Source of the DNA: Alphaproteobacteria bacterium
GTDB taxonomy: Bacteria; Pseudomonadota; Alphaproteobacteria; Micropepsales; Micropepsaceae
DNA length: 64,000 nt
Assembly: GCA_020852655.1 (NCBI GenBank)
Contig: JADZAI010000100.1
Span: 12,135-76,134, forward strand
Direction: 5' to 3'
Translations under genes and position numbers: made by a program
The notes under the pieces: generated by a model
What the model was told of the DNA's origin: nothing
Database searches by the model: none
What the model saw: only the letters and a program-made list of their open reading frames with translations
In this document: positions 38,494 through 47,418 of the stretch, piece by piece
Layout of the letters: every line of letters starts with the position of its first letter
Position numbering within the stretch: position 1 is the first letter of the stretch

Positions 38494-39458
38494 GCCGCCA
38501 GCGCCTCGTCGCGCGTCGCCGGGCTCGCCGCGGCGTCGAGGATGGCCAGCGTCGTCGCCAGCGCCCGGCGGCCGTCGCGGCCGGTGACCAGCGGCGTCGC
38601 GCCCTCGCGCACGCAGCGCACGAAGTCGCCGACGGCATAGCCCAGCGGATCGCTCGCAACCGCGCCGGCCGCTTCGCCGAAGATCGAGGTCAGCGGTTCG
38701 GGCGTCGTGTTCTCGATCGTGCGGGCGATGAAATCGATCAAGATCGTGCCGTCCCTGTAGTCGAGTTTCATGTAGCGCCTGCGGGCCTCGGCGATGCGGC
38801 TGGCGAAGAGCCGCGCACGGCAGCCGCCGGCGAGCGCCAGCTCGGCCGAGACCTCGTCTCCATAAGAACCCGGCCGGGCCCGGGTGGTTGCGCCGATGAC
38901 GACGGCCTCGCCCGGGACGATCTGATGGACGAGGTCGATGTCGTGCACCATCAGGTCCAGCGCGACATTCACGTCGGTGCCGCGCCCGCTCCACGGACCG
39001 GCGCGGTGACATTCGATCCGCAGCGGCGGCGTCTTGCGGCCGAGCAGGCCCATATGGGTGAAGACGAAGCGCTCCTGGTGGCCGACCTGGAGAACGCTGC
39101 CCGATGCCTCCGCCGCGGCGATGATGCGGCTGGCCTCGGCAAGGCTCGCGGCGATCGGCTTCTCGACATAGGCATGGACGCCCTCCTCCAGCAGCCGGAC
39201 GACGGCGGCGGCGTGGGCGACGGCGGGCGTCGCGCAGGTGACGATGTCGACCTCGCCGATGAGGCCATAGGTGTCGACATAGGGCTCGCAGCCGAGCTCC
39301 TTGGCGGCGGCCCGCGCGGCGATCTCGGACCGGTCGACGATGCCGACCAGTTCGACGCCGGGCAGCGCCTTGTACTTGGCGGCGTGGAACCTGCCGAAAA
39401 CGCCCGCGCCGATGACGGCGGCGCGCAAGGGCGCAGTCGAGGGGGGCCTGCGAGTCAT
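38490..39458 (-). CDS. Gfo/Idh/MocA oxidoreductase (GnnA/WbpB-like)
   Basis: AVIGAGVFG, YVEKPIA, QVGHQERF, DLMVHDIDL. Confidence 0.92.
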   Translation of the reverse strand: MTRRPPSTAPLRAAVIGAGVFGRFHAAKYKALPGVELVGIVDRSEIAARAAAKELGCEPYVDTYGLIGEVDIVTCATPAVAHAAAVVRLLEEGVHAYVEKPIAASLAEASRIIAAAEASGSVLQVGHQERFVFTHMGLLGRKTPPLRIECHRAGPWSGRGTDVNVALDLMVHDIDLVHQIVPGEAVVIGATTRARPGSYGDEVSAELALAGGCRARLFASRIAEARRRYMKLDYRDGTILIDFIARTIENTTPEPLTSIFGEAAGAVASDPLGYAVGDFVRCVREGATPLVTGRDGRRALATTLAILDAAASPATRDEALAA

Positions 39459-39618
39459 CTTGCGGGGAACATAACCCATTTGCATGACCGGGGAATCGCG
39501 CACCGGCCCCGATCCGGGCAATCCACGATTTATTTCATCGGAGACACGGCGTTGAATTGATTGGGAAAATGCACGAACGGCGCTAGCGTCCGCGGGAAGC
39601 TGAGGGAGGGGTTGGGGC

Positions 39619-40626
39619 ATGCGGCGATGGGCGTTGGCGCGGCGGCCGGACGGGCTGCCGCAGGAGACCGACTTTGAACTGGTGGAGGCGCCGACTCCGT
39701 CGCCCGGCGAGGGCGAGGCGCTGATCGAGTCGCTCTATCTCTCGGTCGACCCGGGCACCCGCCCGCGCCTTTCGGCCGACACCTATGCCGCGGCCTTCCG
39801 GATCGGCGACACGATCGAGAGCGCCGGCGTCGGGCGTGTCGTCGCCAGCCGCTCGCCGCGCCTGCCGGAGGGGGCGCTGGCGATGGGCGGCTTCGGCTGG
39901 ACGAGCCATGTCGTCAGCGACGGCCGCGGCGTGCAGGTGCTCGATCCCGCGCTCTTCACCGGCAAGGTCTCGCCGACCGCTTCGATCGGCATCCTCGGCA
40001 TACCCGGCCTGACCGCCTGGTTCGGCCTCACCGATCTCGGTAGGCCTAACGCCGGCGAGACGCTGCTCGTCTCCTCGGCCGCCGGTGCCGTCGGCGCGAC
40101 GGCGCTCCAGATCGGCAGGCAGTTGGGGCTGACCGTCATCGGCATCGCCGGCGGGGCCGCCAAATGCGACTACGTCACCGGCGAACTCGGCGCCGATGCC
40201 TGCATCGATTACCGCGCCGAGAGCGACCTCGCCGCAGCCATCCGCCGCGTCGCGCCTGACGGCATCGACATCTTCTTCGACAATGTCGGCGGCGCACAGC
40301 TCGACGCGGCCATCCTGAACCTCAAGCTGAACGGGCGTGTCGTCGTCTCGGGCCAGACGTCGGAATATAACAGCACCGGCACGCCGCGCGGCATCCGCTA
40401 CGTGACGCCCTTCATCACCCAGCGCCTGACGATGGCCGGCCTCGTCGTCTACGACTACCGCAAGCGCTTCACCGAAGCGCAGGCGCAGATGGCGGCGTGG
40501 ATCAACGCGGGCAAGCTCAGCTATCGCGAAGAGATCATCGACGGCTTCGAACGCCTGCCCGAAGCCTTCATCGGCTTGTTCAAGGGCGAGACTTTCGGCC
40601 GCCGGCTCGTCAGGGTGGCGCCATGA
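39619..40626 (+). CDS. NADP-dependent oxidoreductase (MDR, prostaglandin reductase/CurA-like)
   Basis: LYLSVDP, LGIPGLTAWFGL, SSAAGAVG, FFDNVGG, VVSGQTSEYN. Confidence 0.93.
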   Translation: MRRWALARRPDGLPQETDFELVEAPTPSPGEGEALIESLYLSVDPGTRPRLSADTYAAAFRIGDTIESAGVGRVVASRSPRLPEGALAMGGFGWTSHVVSDGRGVQVLDPALFTGKVSPTASIGILGIPGLTAWFGLTDLGRPNAGETLLVSSAAGAVGATALQIGRQLGLTVIGIAGGAAKCDYVTGELGADACIDYRAESDLAAAIRRVAPDGIDIFFDNVGGAQLDAAILNLKLNGRVVVSGQTSEYNSTGTPRGIRYVTPFITQRLTMAGLVVYDYRKRFTEAQAQMAAWINAGKLSYREEIIDGFERLPEAFIGLFKGETFGRRLVRVAP

Positions 40627-41111
40627 CGATCGCCGGGCACAAGGTCCACCTCACCGACGAGGAACGCGCACGGCTGGCGAAACTGCGCTCGCTGCGCCGG
40701 TCGCAGCGTATCGACCCCCAGTTGCGGCTGGGCCAGCTCGTAGCCGACGCCGTCGCGGCCGGCATGGGTTCGTGGCGCTTCATCATCATCCAGACCTCGC
40801 TGCTCGTCGGCTGGATCGCCCTGAACGTGGTGGGCTGGGTCGAGGCCTGGGACCCCTACCCCTTCATCCTGCTCAACCTCGCGCTGTCGTTCCAGGCGGC
40901 TTACGCGGCGCCCTTCATCATGATGAGCCAGAACCGGCAGGCCGAAATCGACCGGCAACGCGCCATCGACGATTACGGCATCAACGTGAAGGCCGAGCTG
41001 GAGATCGAGCTGCTACACGAGAAGATGGACCTGCTGCGCGACCAGGAGATCGTGCGCCTGACGCGCATCATCGAGGAGCTGGTCCAGCGCCTGGACACGA
41101 GACGGGATTGA
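40623..41111 (+). CDS. DUF1003 membrane protein
   Basis: GSWRFII...WDPYPFILLNLALSFQAAYAAPFIMMSQNRQ; ATGA overlap with the upstream gene. Confidence 0.9.
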   Translation: MTIAGHKVHLTDEERARLAKLRSLRRSQRIDPQLRLGQLVADAVAAGMGSWRFIIIQTSLLVGWIALNVVGWVEAWDPYPFILLNLALSFQAAYAAPFIMMSQNRQAEIDRQRAIDDYGINVKAELEIELLHEKMDLLRDQEIVRLTRIIEELVQRLDTRRD

Positions 41112-41151
41112 CTTCGTGTAACCTATAGGTATCATGTCACCTATAGGTTAC
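41108..41151 (+). promoter_or_regulatory. Sigma70 promoter with a double palindromic operator
   Basis: TTGACT (41108)-N16-TATCAT (41130); GTAACCTATAGGT-N8-ACCTATAGGTTAC is a perfect 13-bp inverted repeat. Confidence 0.75.
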
Positions 41152-41160
41152 GAGGTCGCC

Positions 41161-41604
41161 ATGACAGACGAGATCGACAGGACCAGCCGCCGCCGGCGCA
41201 TCCTGCTTGCCACCTACGGGACTTTGTTCCTGGCCTTCCAGGAGCTCTATTTCAGCCGGCTGGACGCGCCGTTCGCCGCATGGCGGCCCATCGAATATGT
41301 CTGGGCGACGCTCTATGTCGCCTGGTCGGCGACCCTGATCTACGTCCTCGCGACCGGCGGACTGCCGTTCCGCCGCCGCAGCCCCGAAGCGCACCGGGCC
41401 CTGAACGACGAATTGACCGAGGCGAACCGGCGCTTTGCCTATCGCGCCGGCTACTGGATGCTGCTCGGCTCGATCCTGCTGATCTACGTCCTCAGCCGCT
41501 TCACCGACTGGACCGTCGGCGAAGCCCTCCGCCTCCTTTTCGCCTTCGGCGTCGCGATGCCGGCGGTTGCCTTCGCCGGCAAGGAGCGCAAGCAGGGTGC
41601 CTGA
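41161..41604 (+). CDS. Hypothetical membrane protein (about 4 TM)
   Basis: GAGG RBS; four hydrophobic segments; [19 protein letters not shown] motif typical of membrane proteins paired with XRE regulators. Confidence 0.8.
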   Translation: MTDEIDRTSRRRRILLATYGTLFLAFQELYFSRLDAPFAAWRPIEYVWATLYVAWSATLIYVLATGGLPFRRRSPEAHRALNDELTEANRRFAYRAGYWMLLGSILLIYVLSRFTDWTVGEALRLLFAFGVAMPAVAFAGKERKQGA

Positions 41605-41803
41605 GCTTGCCACGCGCCTGCGCGAACGGCGGACCGCGGCGGGCCTCACCCAGGCGGAGCTTGCGGAGCGGATCGGCGTGTCGCGCAAGACCGTCAACAC
41701 GGTCGAGAACGGCGTGTTCGTGCCGTCGACCATCCTGGCGCTCAAGCTGGCCCGGGCGCTGAAGACGACAGTGGAAGACCTCTTCTACCTCGACGGCGCT
41801 TAG
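41597..41803 (+). CDS. XRE-family helix-turn-helix regulator
   Basis: [48 protein letters not shown]; GTG start at 41597. Confidence 0.95.
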   Translation: MPELATRLRERRTAAGLTQAELAERIGVSRKTVNTVENGVFVPSTILALKLARALKTTVEDLFYLDGA

Positions 41804-41841
41804 ACCGGCCTATCGCCACAGCAGCGAAAACGGCGCCGCGA

Positions 41842-41903
41842 GCCCTGTCCAATCCGGAATGAGGCCCGTCCAATCCGGAATGGAAGCCCGTCCAATCCGG
41901 AAT
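41842..41903. repeat. Three direct repeats of GTCCAATCCGGAAT with a 21-22 bp period
   Basis: Identical 14-bp cores at 41847, 41868 and 41890, each preceded by GCCC(T). Confidence 0.9.
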
Positions 41904-41919
41904 CGGGAGACCGGGCGCC

Positions 41920-43296
41920 TTACTCCGCCGCTTCGAAGCGGCGGGGGCGCGAGAGGCCTTTGAGGCTGTCGGAGATCAGGAAACCGAGCTCCAGCACCTG
42001 GCTTGCGTTCAGGCGCGGGTCGCAGGCCGTGTCGTAGCGGCTGGCGAGGTCGGCGTCGGTGATCGCGACGGCGCCGCCGATGCATTCGGTCACGTCGCGG
42101 CCGGTCATCTCGAAATGGACGCCGCCGGGATGCGTGCCCTCGGCGCGGTGGGCGCCGAAGAAGGCCTGCACCTCCTTCAGGATACGGTCCACCGGCCGCG
42201 TCTTGTAGCCGGTCGAGGACTTGATCGTGTTGCCGTGCATCGGGTCGCACGACCAGACGACATTCTTGCCCTCGCGCGCCACGGCACGGATCAGCTTCGG
42301 CCAGAGATCGGCGGCGGTGTCGGCGCCGAAGCGGCCGATCAGCGTCAGGCGGCCCGGCACATTGCCCGGGTTCAGCACGTCGATCAGGCGCAGCATCTCG
42401 TCATGCTTCAGCGACGGACCGCATTTCAGGCCGATCGGGTTCTTGATGCCGCGCATGAACTCGACATGGGCGCCGTCCGGCTGGCGGGTGCGGTCGCCGA
42501 TCCACAGCATATGCGCCGAGGTGTCGTACCAGTCGCCGCTGGTGGAATCGATGCGCGTCATCGCCTGCTCATAGCCGAGCAGCAGTGCCTCGTGGCTGGT
42601 GTAGAAGTCGGTCGTGCGCAGTTGCGGCGTCGACTCCGGCGTGATCCCGCAGGCTTCCATGAAGCCCAGCGTCTCGGAGATGCGGTCGGCCAGCGCCTGG
42701 TATTTCTCGCCCGCCGGCGAGCCGGCGATGAAGCCGAGATTCCAGCGATGCACGTTGTGCAGGTCGGCATAGCCGCCCTGCGCGAAGGCGCGCAGCAGGT
42801 TCAGCGTCGAGGCCGACTGGAGATAGGCCTGCACGAGGCGCTCCGGGTCCGGCACGCGCGCTTCCGCCGTGAAGTCCGGTCCATTGACGATGTCGCCGCG
42901 ATAGGACGGCAGCTCGACGCCGTCGACCGTCTCGGTCGGGGCCGAGCGCGGCTTGGCGAACTGGCCGGCGATGCGGCCGACCTTCACCACCGGCATCGAG
43001 CCCGAGAAGGTCAGCACGACCGCCATCTGGAGCAGGACGCGGAAGGTGTCGCGGATATTGTCCGGGTGGAACTCGGCAAAGCTCTCGGCGCAGTCGCCGC
43101 CCTGGAGCAGGAAAGCCTTGCCTTCGGAAACCTCGCCCAAAGCGTGCGTGAGATTGCGCGCCTCGCCCGCAAAGACGAGCGGCGGATAGGTCTTCAGCTT
43201 GGCCTCGACGGCGGCGAGCTTCGCCGCATCGGGATATTCGGGGACCTGCTGGATGGGCTTGGCCCTCCAGGAGGTGGGGCTCCAGGACGCACTCAT
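41920..43296 (-). CDS. Class II DAHP synthase
   Basis: [65 protein letters not shown]. Confidence 0.97.
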   Translation of the reverse strand: MSASWSPTSWRAKPIQQVPEYPDAAKLAAVEAKLKTYPPLVFAGEARNLTHALGEVSEGKAFLLQGGDCAESFAEFHPDNIRDTFRVLLQMAVVLTFSGSMPVVKVGRIAGQFAKPRSAPTETVDGVELPSYRGDIVNGPDFTAEARVPDPERLVQAYLQSASTLNLLRAFAQGGYADLHNVHRWNLGFIAGSPAGEKYQALADRISETLGFMEACGITPESTPQLRTTDFYTSHEALLLGYEQAMTRIDSTSGDWYDTSAHMLWIGDRTRQPDGAHVEFMRGIKNPIGLKCGPSLKHDEMLRLIDVLNPGNVPGRLTLIGRFGADTAADLWPKLIRAVAREGKNVVWSCDPMHGNTIKSSTGYKTRPVDRILKEVQAFFGAHRAEGTHPGGVHFEMTGRDVTECIGGAVAITDADLASRYDTACDPRLNASQVLELGFLISDSLKGLSRPRRFEAAE

Positions 43297-43401
43297 AGGG
43301 ATCGATCCAATTCCGGGAGGCGGCTTGTACAGGGTGCGCCGCCCCGGCGCCAGCTTGTCCACAGGGGCGTTTCGCGAACGTGAAGCGGCAAGCAACCCCT
43401 T

Positions 43402-43428
43402 AAGATGCTCAGTACAATATAGCATCTT
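43402..43428. promoter_or_regulatory. Perfect dyad AAGATGCT-N11-AGCATCTT, candidate transcription-factor site
   Basis: 8-bp arms with an AT-rich spacer in the divergent DAHP synthase/GT4 intergenic region. Confidence 0.55.
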
Positions 43429-43521
43429 CTAGGTGCAATGCGGGTTCGCCGCCCCACGGCGACTTTCAAGGCGCGCGGCACGCGAATTGAAGGCGGCCCG
43501 CCGAGAGGCTATCGCTCGTCC

Positions 43522-44757
43522 ATGGCGAAGATCCTTTTTGTCCACAACGGCGTCCCGGGGCGCTTCACCTGGCTGGCGCACGCGCTGATGGCCAAGGGCC
43601 ACCAATGCGCCCTGGTGAACGACCGGGACGGGCTCGACATCCCGGGCGTGCCGCGGAAGAACTGGACAGGCGAGGCGCCCAAGCACACCGGCATCTTCAA
43701 GCCGGCCGTCCGGGCCGAGCTCGATCTGCGCCGGGGCTATGCCGCCGCGCAGGAGGCGAAGGCCTTCATCAGCGAAGGCTTCGAGCCGGACCTCATCATC
43801 GGCCATCCCGGCTGGGGCGAGATGATCTTCCTGCGCGAGGTGTGCCCCAAGGCGGCGCAGATCCAGATCGGCGAGTTCTACTACCGGTCCGAGGGCACCG
43901 ACTTCAATTTCGATCCCGAATTCCCGCCGACGACGCAGCACGACCATTACAGCGTCTTCGCCAAGAACACCTCGCTTGCCCTCTCCTATGGCGAGGCCGA
44001 CTGGATCGTCGCGCCGACGCCGTTCCAGGGCAGCACGCTGCCGCGCGCGGTGCAGTCGCGCGTGCGCGTGATCCACGAAGGCATCGACGTGAAGGTAGCG
44101 CGCAAGATTCCGGATGCCTCGGCGAAGCTGGAGCGCGGCGTCGAACTGCGCGCCGGCGATCCGATCATCACCTTCATCAATCGCCGCTTCGAACCGCTGC
44201 GCGGCTTCCACACCTTCATGCGCGCCCTCCCCGGCCTGCTGAAGGAGGTGCCCGAAGCGCGCGTGCTGATCGTCGGCGAGGACGATCCGCGGGTCTATGG
44301 CGCCCGCGCGCCGAACAACAAGAGCTGGAAGCAGTTCATGCTGGACGAGCTGAAGGGCAAGCTCGACCTCGGCCGCGTCCACTTCCTCGGCACGCTCAGC
44401 TACAACAACCTCATCGGCGTGCTGTCGCTGTCGGCGGCGCATGTCTATTACACCTACCCGTTCGTGCTCTCGTGGTCGCTGCTCGACGCGATGGCCTGCG
44501 AGTGCTTGTTGGTCGCGTCCGACACCGCGCCGGTGCGCGACGTGATCCGCGGCGGCGAGAACGGCCTCATGCTCGACTTCTTCGATCCCGAGCAGCTTTC
44601 GCGCACGCTCATCTCCGCCTGCCGCGAGCCGGGCCTCTATGCGCCGATCCGCAAGGCGGCGCGCGAGACGGTGATCAAGGAATACGACCGCGCCACGATC
44701 TGCCAGCCGATGTGGCTCGATCTCGTCGACGAGACGCTCGCGGCCCGGCAGGCATGA
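43522..44757 (+). CDS. Glycosyltransferase, GT4 family
   Basis: ILFVHNGVPGRF, IIGHPGWGE, EPLRGF, YYTYPFVLSWSLLDAMACEC. Confidence 0.9.
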   Translation: MAKILFVHNGVPGRFTWLAHALMAKGHQCALVNDRDGLDIPGVPRKNWTGEAPKHTGIFKPAVRAELDLRRGYAAAQEAKAFISEGFEPDLIIGHPGWGEMIFLREVCPKAAQIQIGEFYYRSEGTDFNFDPEFPPTTQHDHYSVFAKNTSLALSYGEADWIVAPTPFQGSTLPRAVQSRVRVIHEGIDVKVARKIPDASAKLERGVELRAGDPIITFINRRFEPLRGFHTFMRALPGLLKEVPEARVLIVGEDDPRVYGARAPNNKSWKQFMLDELKGKLDLGRVHFLGTLSYNNLIGVLSLSAAHVYYTYPFVLSWSLLDAMACECLLVASDTAPVRDVIRGGENGLMLDFFDPEQLSRTLISACREPGLYAPIRKAARETVIKEYDRATICQPMWLDLVDETLAARQA

Positions 44758-44830
44758 ACCGCGCCCGGTGGCGCGCCTGGCGAAACTGGACCACAATCGA
44801 CAGCGCCGCAGCGCAAGAGGAGAGCTGAAC

Positions 44831-45544
44831 GTGAGACGCCTCGGACTGACAGCCGGCCTGGCTGCATTTCTCCTGCTGGCTCCGGCGCATGCGGCCGATC
44901 CGGCGCCCGCACCCGAACCGGCACCTGCGCCTGCCGCCGGAGACCAGGCCGCGCCGCCGGCGCCGCCCGCCCTGACCGCAGAGGAGAAGGCCGCCGCAGC
45001 GCCCGGCGTGCTCGCGATCAAGTCGTCCGACATCGGCATCGGCGATCCGAACGCGAAGGTGAAGATCGTCGAATATGCATCGTCGGGCTGCCCGCACTGC
45101 GCCCATTTCGCGCTCAACGAACTGCCGCAGCTCAAGACCGCCTATCTCGACACCGGCAAGGCCTATTTCGTGCTGCGCGACTTCCCGCTCGACAATGTCG
45201 CGGCCGGCGCCTCGCTGATCGCGCGCTGCCTGCCGCCGGAGAAATTCTACCCCTTCATGGACACGCTGTTTCAGCAGCAGAATGTCTGGCACAGCCCCGA
45301 GACCAAGGACCCCGAGGCCGAACTGAAGAAGCTCGCCGCGGCCGCCGGCATGGACGAGGCCGCGGTCGATGCCTGCTGGAAGAACGACGCGAACTTCACC
45401 GTCCTCAAGGCCACCATGGACGAAGCGAACCGCGTGCTCGACGTCAACTCGACGCCGACGCTCTTCATCGACGGTGTGAAGGCGGAGGGCGACCATTCCT
45501 TCTTCGCGCTGGCCGAGAAGATCAACGCCGAGCTCGCGAAATAG
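44831..45544 (+). CDS. DsbA-like thiol-disulfide oxidoreductase
   Basis: Signal peptide, Ala/Pro-rich linker, IVEYASSGCPHC, cis-Pro loop NSTPTLFIDG. Confidence 0.92.
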   Translation: MRRLGLTAGLAAFLLLAPAHAADPAPAPEPAPAPAAGDQAAPPAPPALTAEEKAAAAPGVLAIKSSDIGIGDPNAKVKIVEYASSGCPHCAHFALNELPQLKTAYLDTGKAYFVLRDFPLDNVAAGASLIARCLPPEKFYPFMDTLFQQQNVWHSPETKDPEAELKKLAAAAGMDEAAVDACWKNDANFTVLKATMDEANRVLDVNSTPTLFIDGVKAEGDHSFFALAEKINAELAK

Positions 45545-45568
45545 AACGACGGCAAGGGAGGCCGCAGC

Positions 45569-46768
45569 GTGGACATCGACCTGATCAGCCCGGAGCGTTT
45601 CGCGCACGGCCATCCGCACGACCAGTATGACTGGCTGCGGGCCAATGCCCCGGTCTACTGGCATGCGGAAAAGAACGGCCCGGGCTTCTGGGCGGTGACC
45701 TCGTACGAGCATGTCTATGCCGTCGACCGCGACTTCCAGAACTTCTCCTCGAAGCCGACCGTGATGATCACCGACCCGCTGTCGGAGGTGACCTATGGCG
45801 GCTTCGAGATGATGCTGATGACCGACCCGCCCAAGCACACCGTGCTGCGGCGCCTCGTGCGCGAGGAGTTCCTGCCTGCCCCGACGCAGGGCCGCATTCC
45901 GCGCATGCAGCAGCTCGCGCGGCAGATCGTGAACGACGTGATCGAGCGCGGCGCATGCGACTTCGTCACCCAGGTGGCGGGCGAGATGCCGAGCTACGTG
46001 ATCGCGGAACTGATGGGGCTGCCGCTCGACGACGGCCGCGAACTCTACAAGCTGACCGAGATCATCCACACCTCGCCGGAAGCGCAGAAGCCCGGCGAGG
46101 GCGCGGCGGCCGTGCAGAAGATGTTCGAATACGGCATGGGCGTCATCGCCGAGAAGCGCGCCCGGCCGAAGGACGACCTCGCGACCAAGCTGCTCCAGGC
46201 CGAGGTCGACGGCCACAAGCTGCACGACATGGAGTTCCTGCTGTTCTTCCTGCTGCTGGTCGACGCCGGCGGCGACACGACGCGGAACCTGCTGTCGGCC
46301 GGCGTGCTGGCGATGCTCCAGGAGCCCGAGAAGCTCGCCTGGCTGAAGGCCGACCTGCCCGGGCGCCTGCCCGTCGCGCGCGAGGAATTGCTGCGCTGGA
46401 CGACGCCGGTCATCTATATGCGCCGTACCGCGACGCATGACGTCGCGCTCGGCGATGCCCAGGTGAAGGCGGGCGACAAGGTCGTGATGTTCTTCGGCTC
46501 GGCGAACCGGGATGCGGCGAAGTTCGACAGGCCGGCGGCGCTGGATCTCGCACGCACCCCCAACGAGCACATCTCGTTCGGCAACGGCCCGCACAACTGC
46601 CTCGGCCAGCATATCGCCCGCATCGAAATAGACGCGGTGCTGGTCGAAGTGCTGACGCGGATGCAGGACCTCACGGTCGCCGGCGACGTGAGCTGGCTCC
46701 AGTCGAACTTCATCGCCGGGCCGACGCATATGAACGTCACGTTCAAGCCCGGCAACCGGCTGGCCTGA
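45569..46768 (+). CDS. Cytochrome P450
   Basis: TDPPKHTVLR, I-helix AGGDTT, EELLRW, heme motif FGNGPHNCLG. Confidence 0.96.
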   Translation: MDIDLISPERFAHGHPHDQYDWLRANAPVYWHAEKNGPGFWAVTSYEHVYAVDRDFQNFSSKPTVMITDPLSEVTYGGFEMMLMTDPPKHTVLRRLVREEFLPAPTQGRIPRMQQLARQIVNDVIERGACDFVTQVAGEMPSYVIAELMGLPLDDGRELYKLTEIIHTSPEAQKPGEGAAAVQKMFEYGMGVIAEKRARPKDDLATKLLQAEVDGHKLHDMEFLLFFLLLVDAGGDTTRNLLSAGVLAMLQEPEKLAWLKADLPGRLPVAREELLRWTTPVIYMRRTATHDVALGDAQVKAGDKVVMFFGSANRDAAKFDRPAALDLARTPNEHISFGNGPHNCLGQHIARIEIDAVLVEVLTRMQDLTVAGDVSWLQSNFIAGPTHMNVTFKPGNRLA

Positions 46769-46775
46769 CATGCAA

Positions 46776-46804
46776 AGGCGCCGCCGGAGGGACCGGCGGC
46801 GCCT
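46776..46804. terminator. Strong hairpin between convergent P450 and DUF992 genes
   Basis: AGGCGCCGCCGG-aggga-CCGGCGGCGCCT, a 12-bp perfect stem. Confidence 0.65.
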
Positions 46805-46824
46805 GGCAACATGCTCCGCTTCGC

Positions 46825-47322
46825 TTACGCCGGCGGTGCGGCCTTCAGCGTAATCGACGAGATGCCGGCCGCGACGTTCAACCCGCCCGCCGTCCCTTCG
46901 ACGCTCACCGGCTGAAGCGCGATCGAGTCCTTGAAGCCGCCGACCAGCACATTCGCGCCGAGGCCGACGCCAACCGTCGCACCCGCGCTCACGCCGCCAT
47001 ACGAGCCGGCCAGCGCGCCGTCGGCGATATTGTCGGTCGGGGCGAACACGGTCCAGATGATCGTGCTCTTCTCGGTGTATCCGATGTCGACGCCGAATTT
47101 GTCGATCGAGCCGTAATAGTGGTCTTCCATGCCCTTATAGGGCGAATAGGTGCAGGCGAGGTCCTTCGAGGAGCCGAAGATGAAGCCGGCGCCGCCCGCG
47201 ACATTGCAGGTGAGCGTGCCGACCTTCACACCGCCGCCCGCCGGATCGGCCATGGCGGGAACCGACATCGCGGACGCTGAAAGCAGGACGGCCGCAGCCG
47301 CGGCGAGTTTCGAGACAGTCAT
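46825..47322 (-). CDS. DUF992-family exported protein
   Basis: Signal peptide; VGTLTCNV...GFIFGSSKDLACTY...GVDIGYT...GLGANVLVGG...LQPVSVEG; AAGGAG RBS. Confidence 0.88.
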   Translation of the reverse strand: MTVSKLAAAAAVLLSASAMSVPAMADPAGGGVKVGTLTCNVAGGAGFIFGSSKDLACTYSPYKGMEDHYYGSIDKFGVDIGYTEKSTIIWTVFAPTDNIADGALAGSYGGVSAGATVGVGLGANVLVGGFKDSIALQPVSVEGTAGGLNVAAGISSITLKAAPPA

Positions 47323-47363
47323 GGGAATCTCCTTGGGTACGGGTTTCCCCGCGCGCTCAGCCA

Positions 47364-47389
47364 AACGTGCCGGGCCGGGGCGCAGTTCC
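47364..47389 (-). promoter_or_regulatory. EcfG/SigT promoter GGAAC-N17-CGTT for the DUF992 gene
   Basis: The - strand reads GGAAC tgcgccccggcccggca CGTT, ending 41 nt upstream of the ATG. Confidence 0.75.
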
Positions 47390-47418
47390 CGTTCGGGAGG
47401 CTGGGCGCGTAAATCGCC

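Noticed and set aside
37372-39012. 546-aa ORF suggesting an N-terminally extended aminotransferase
   Set aside because: The extension overlaps the upstream oxidoreductase in another frame; the real start is the ATGA-coupled ATG at 38493.
41842-41903. CRISPR interpretation of the triple repeat
   Set aside because: 14-bp repeats with 7-8 bp spacers are far too short, and there are no cas genes.
43402-43428. dif-site interpretation of the palindrome
   Set aside because: dif has two 11-bp arms around a 6-bp core with a TTATGTTAAAT-like XerD arm; this has 8-bp arms, an 11-bp spacer and no such arm.
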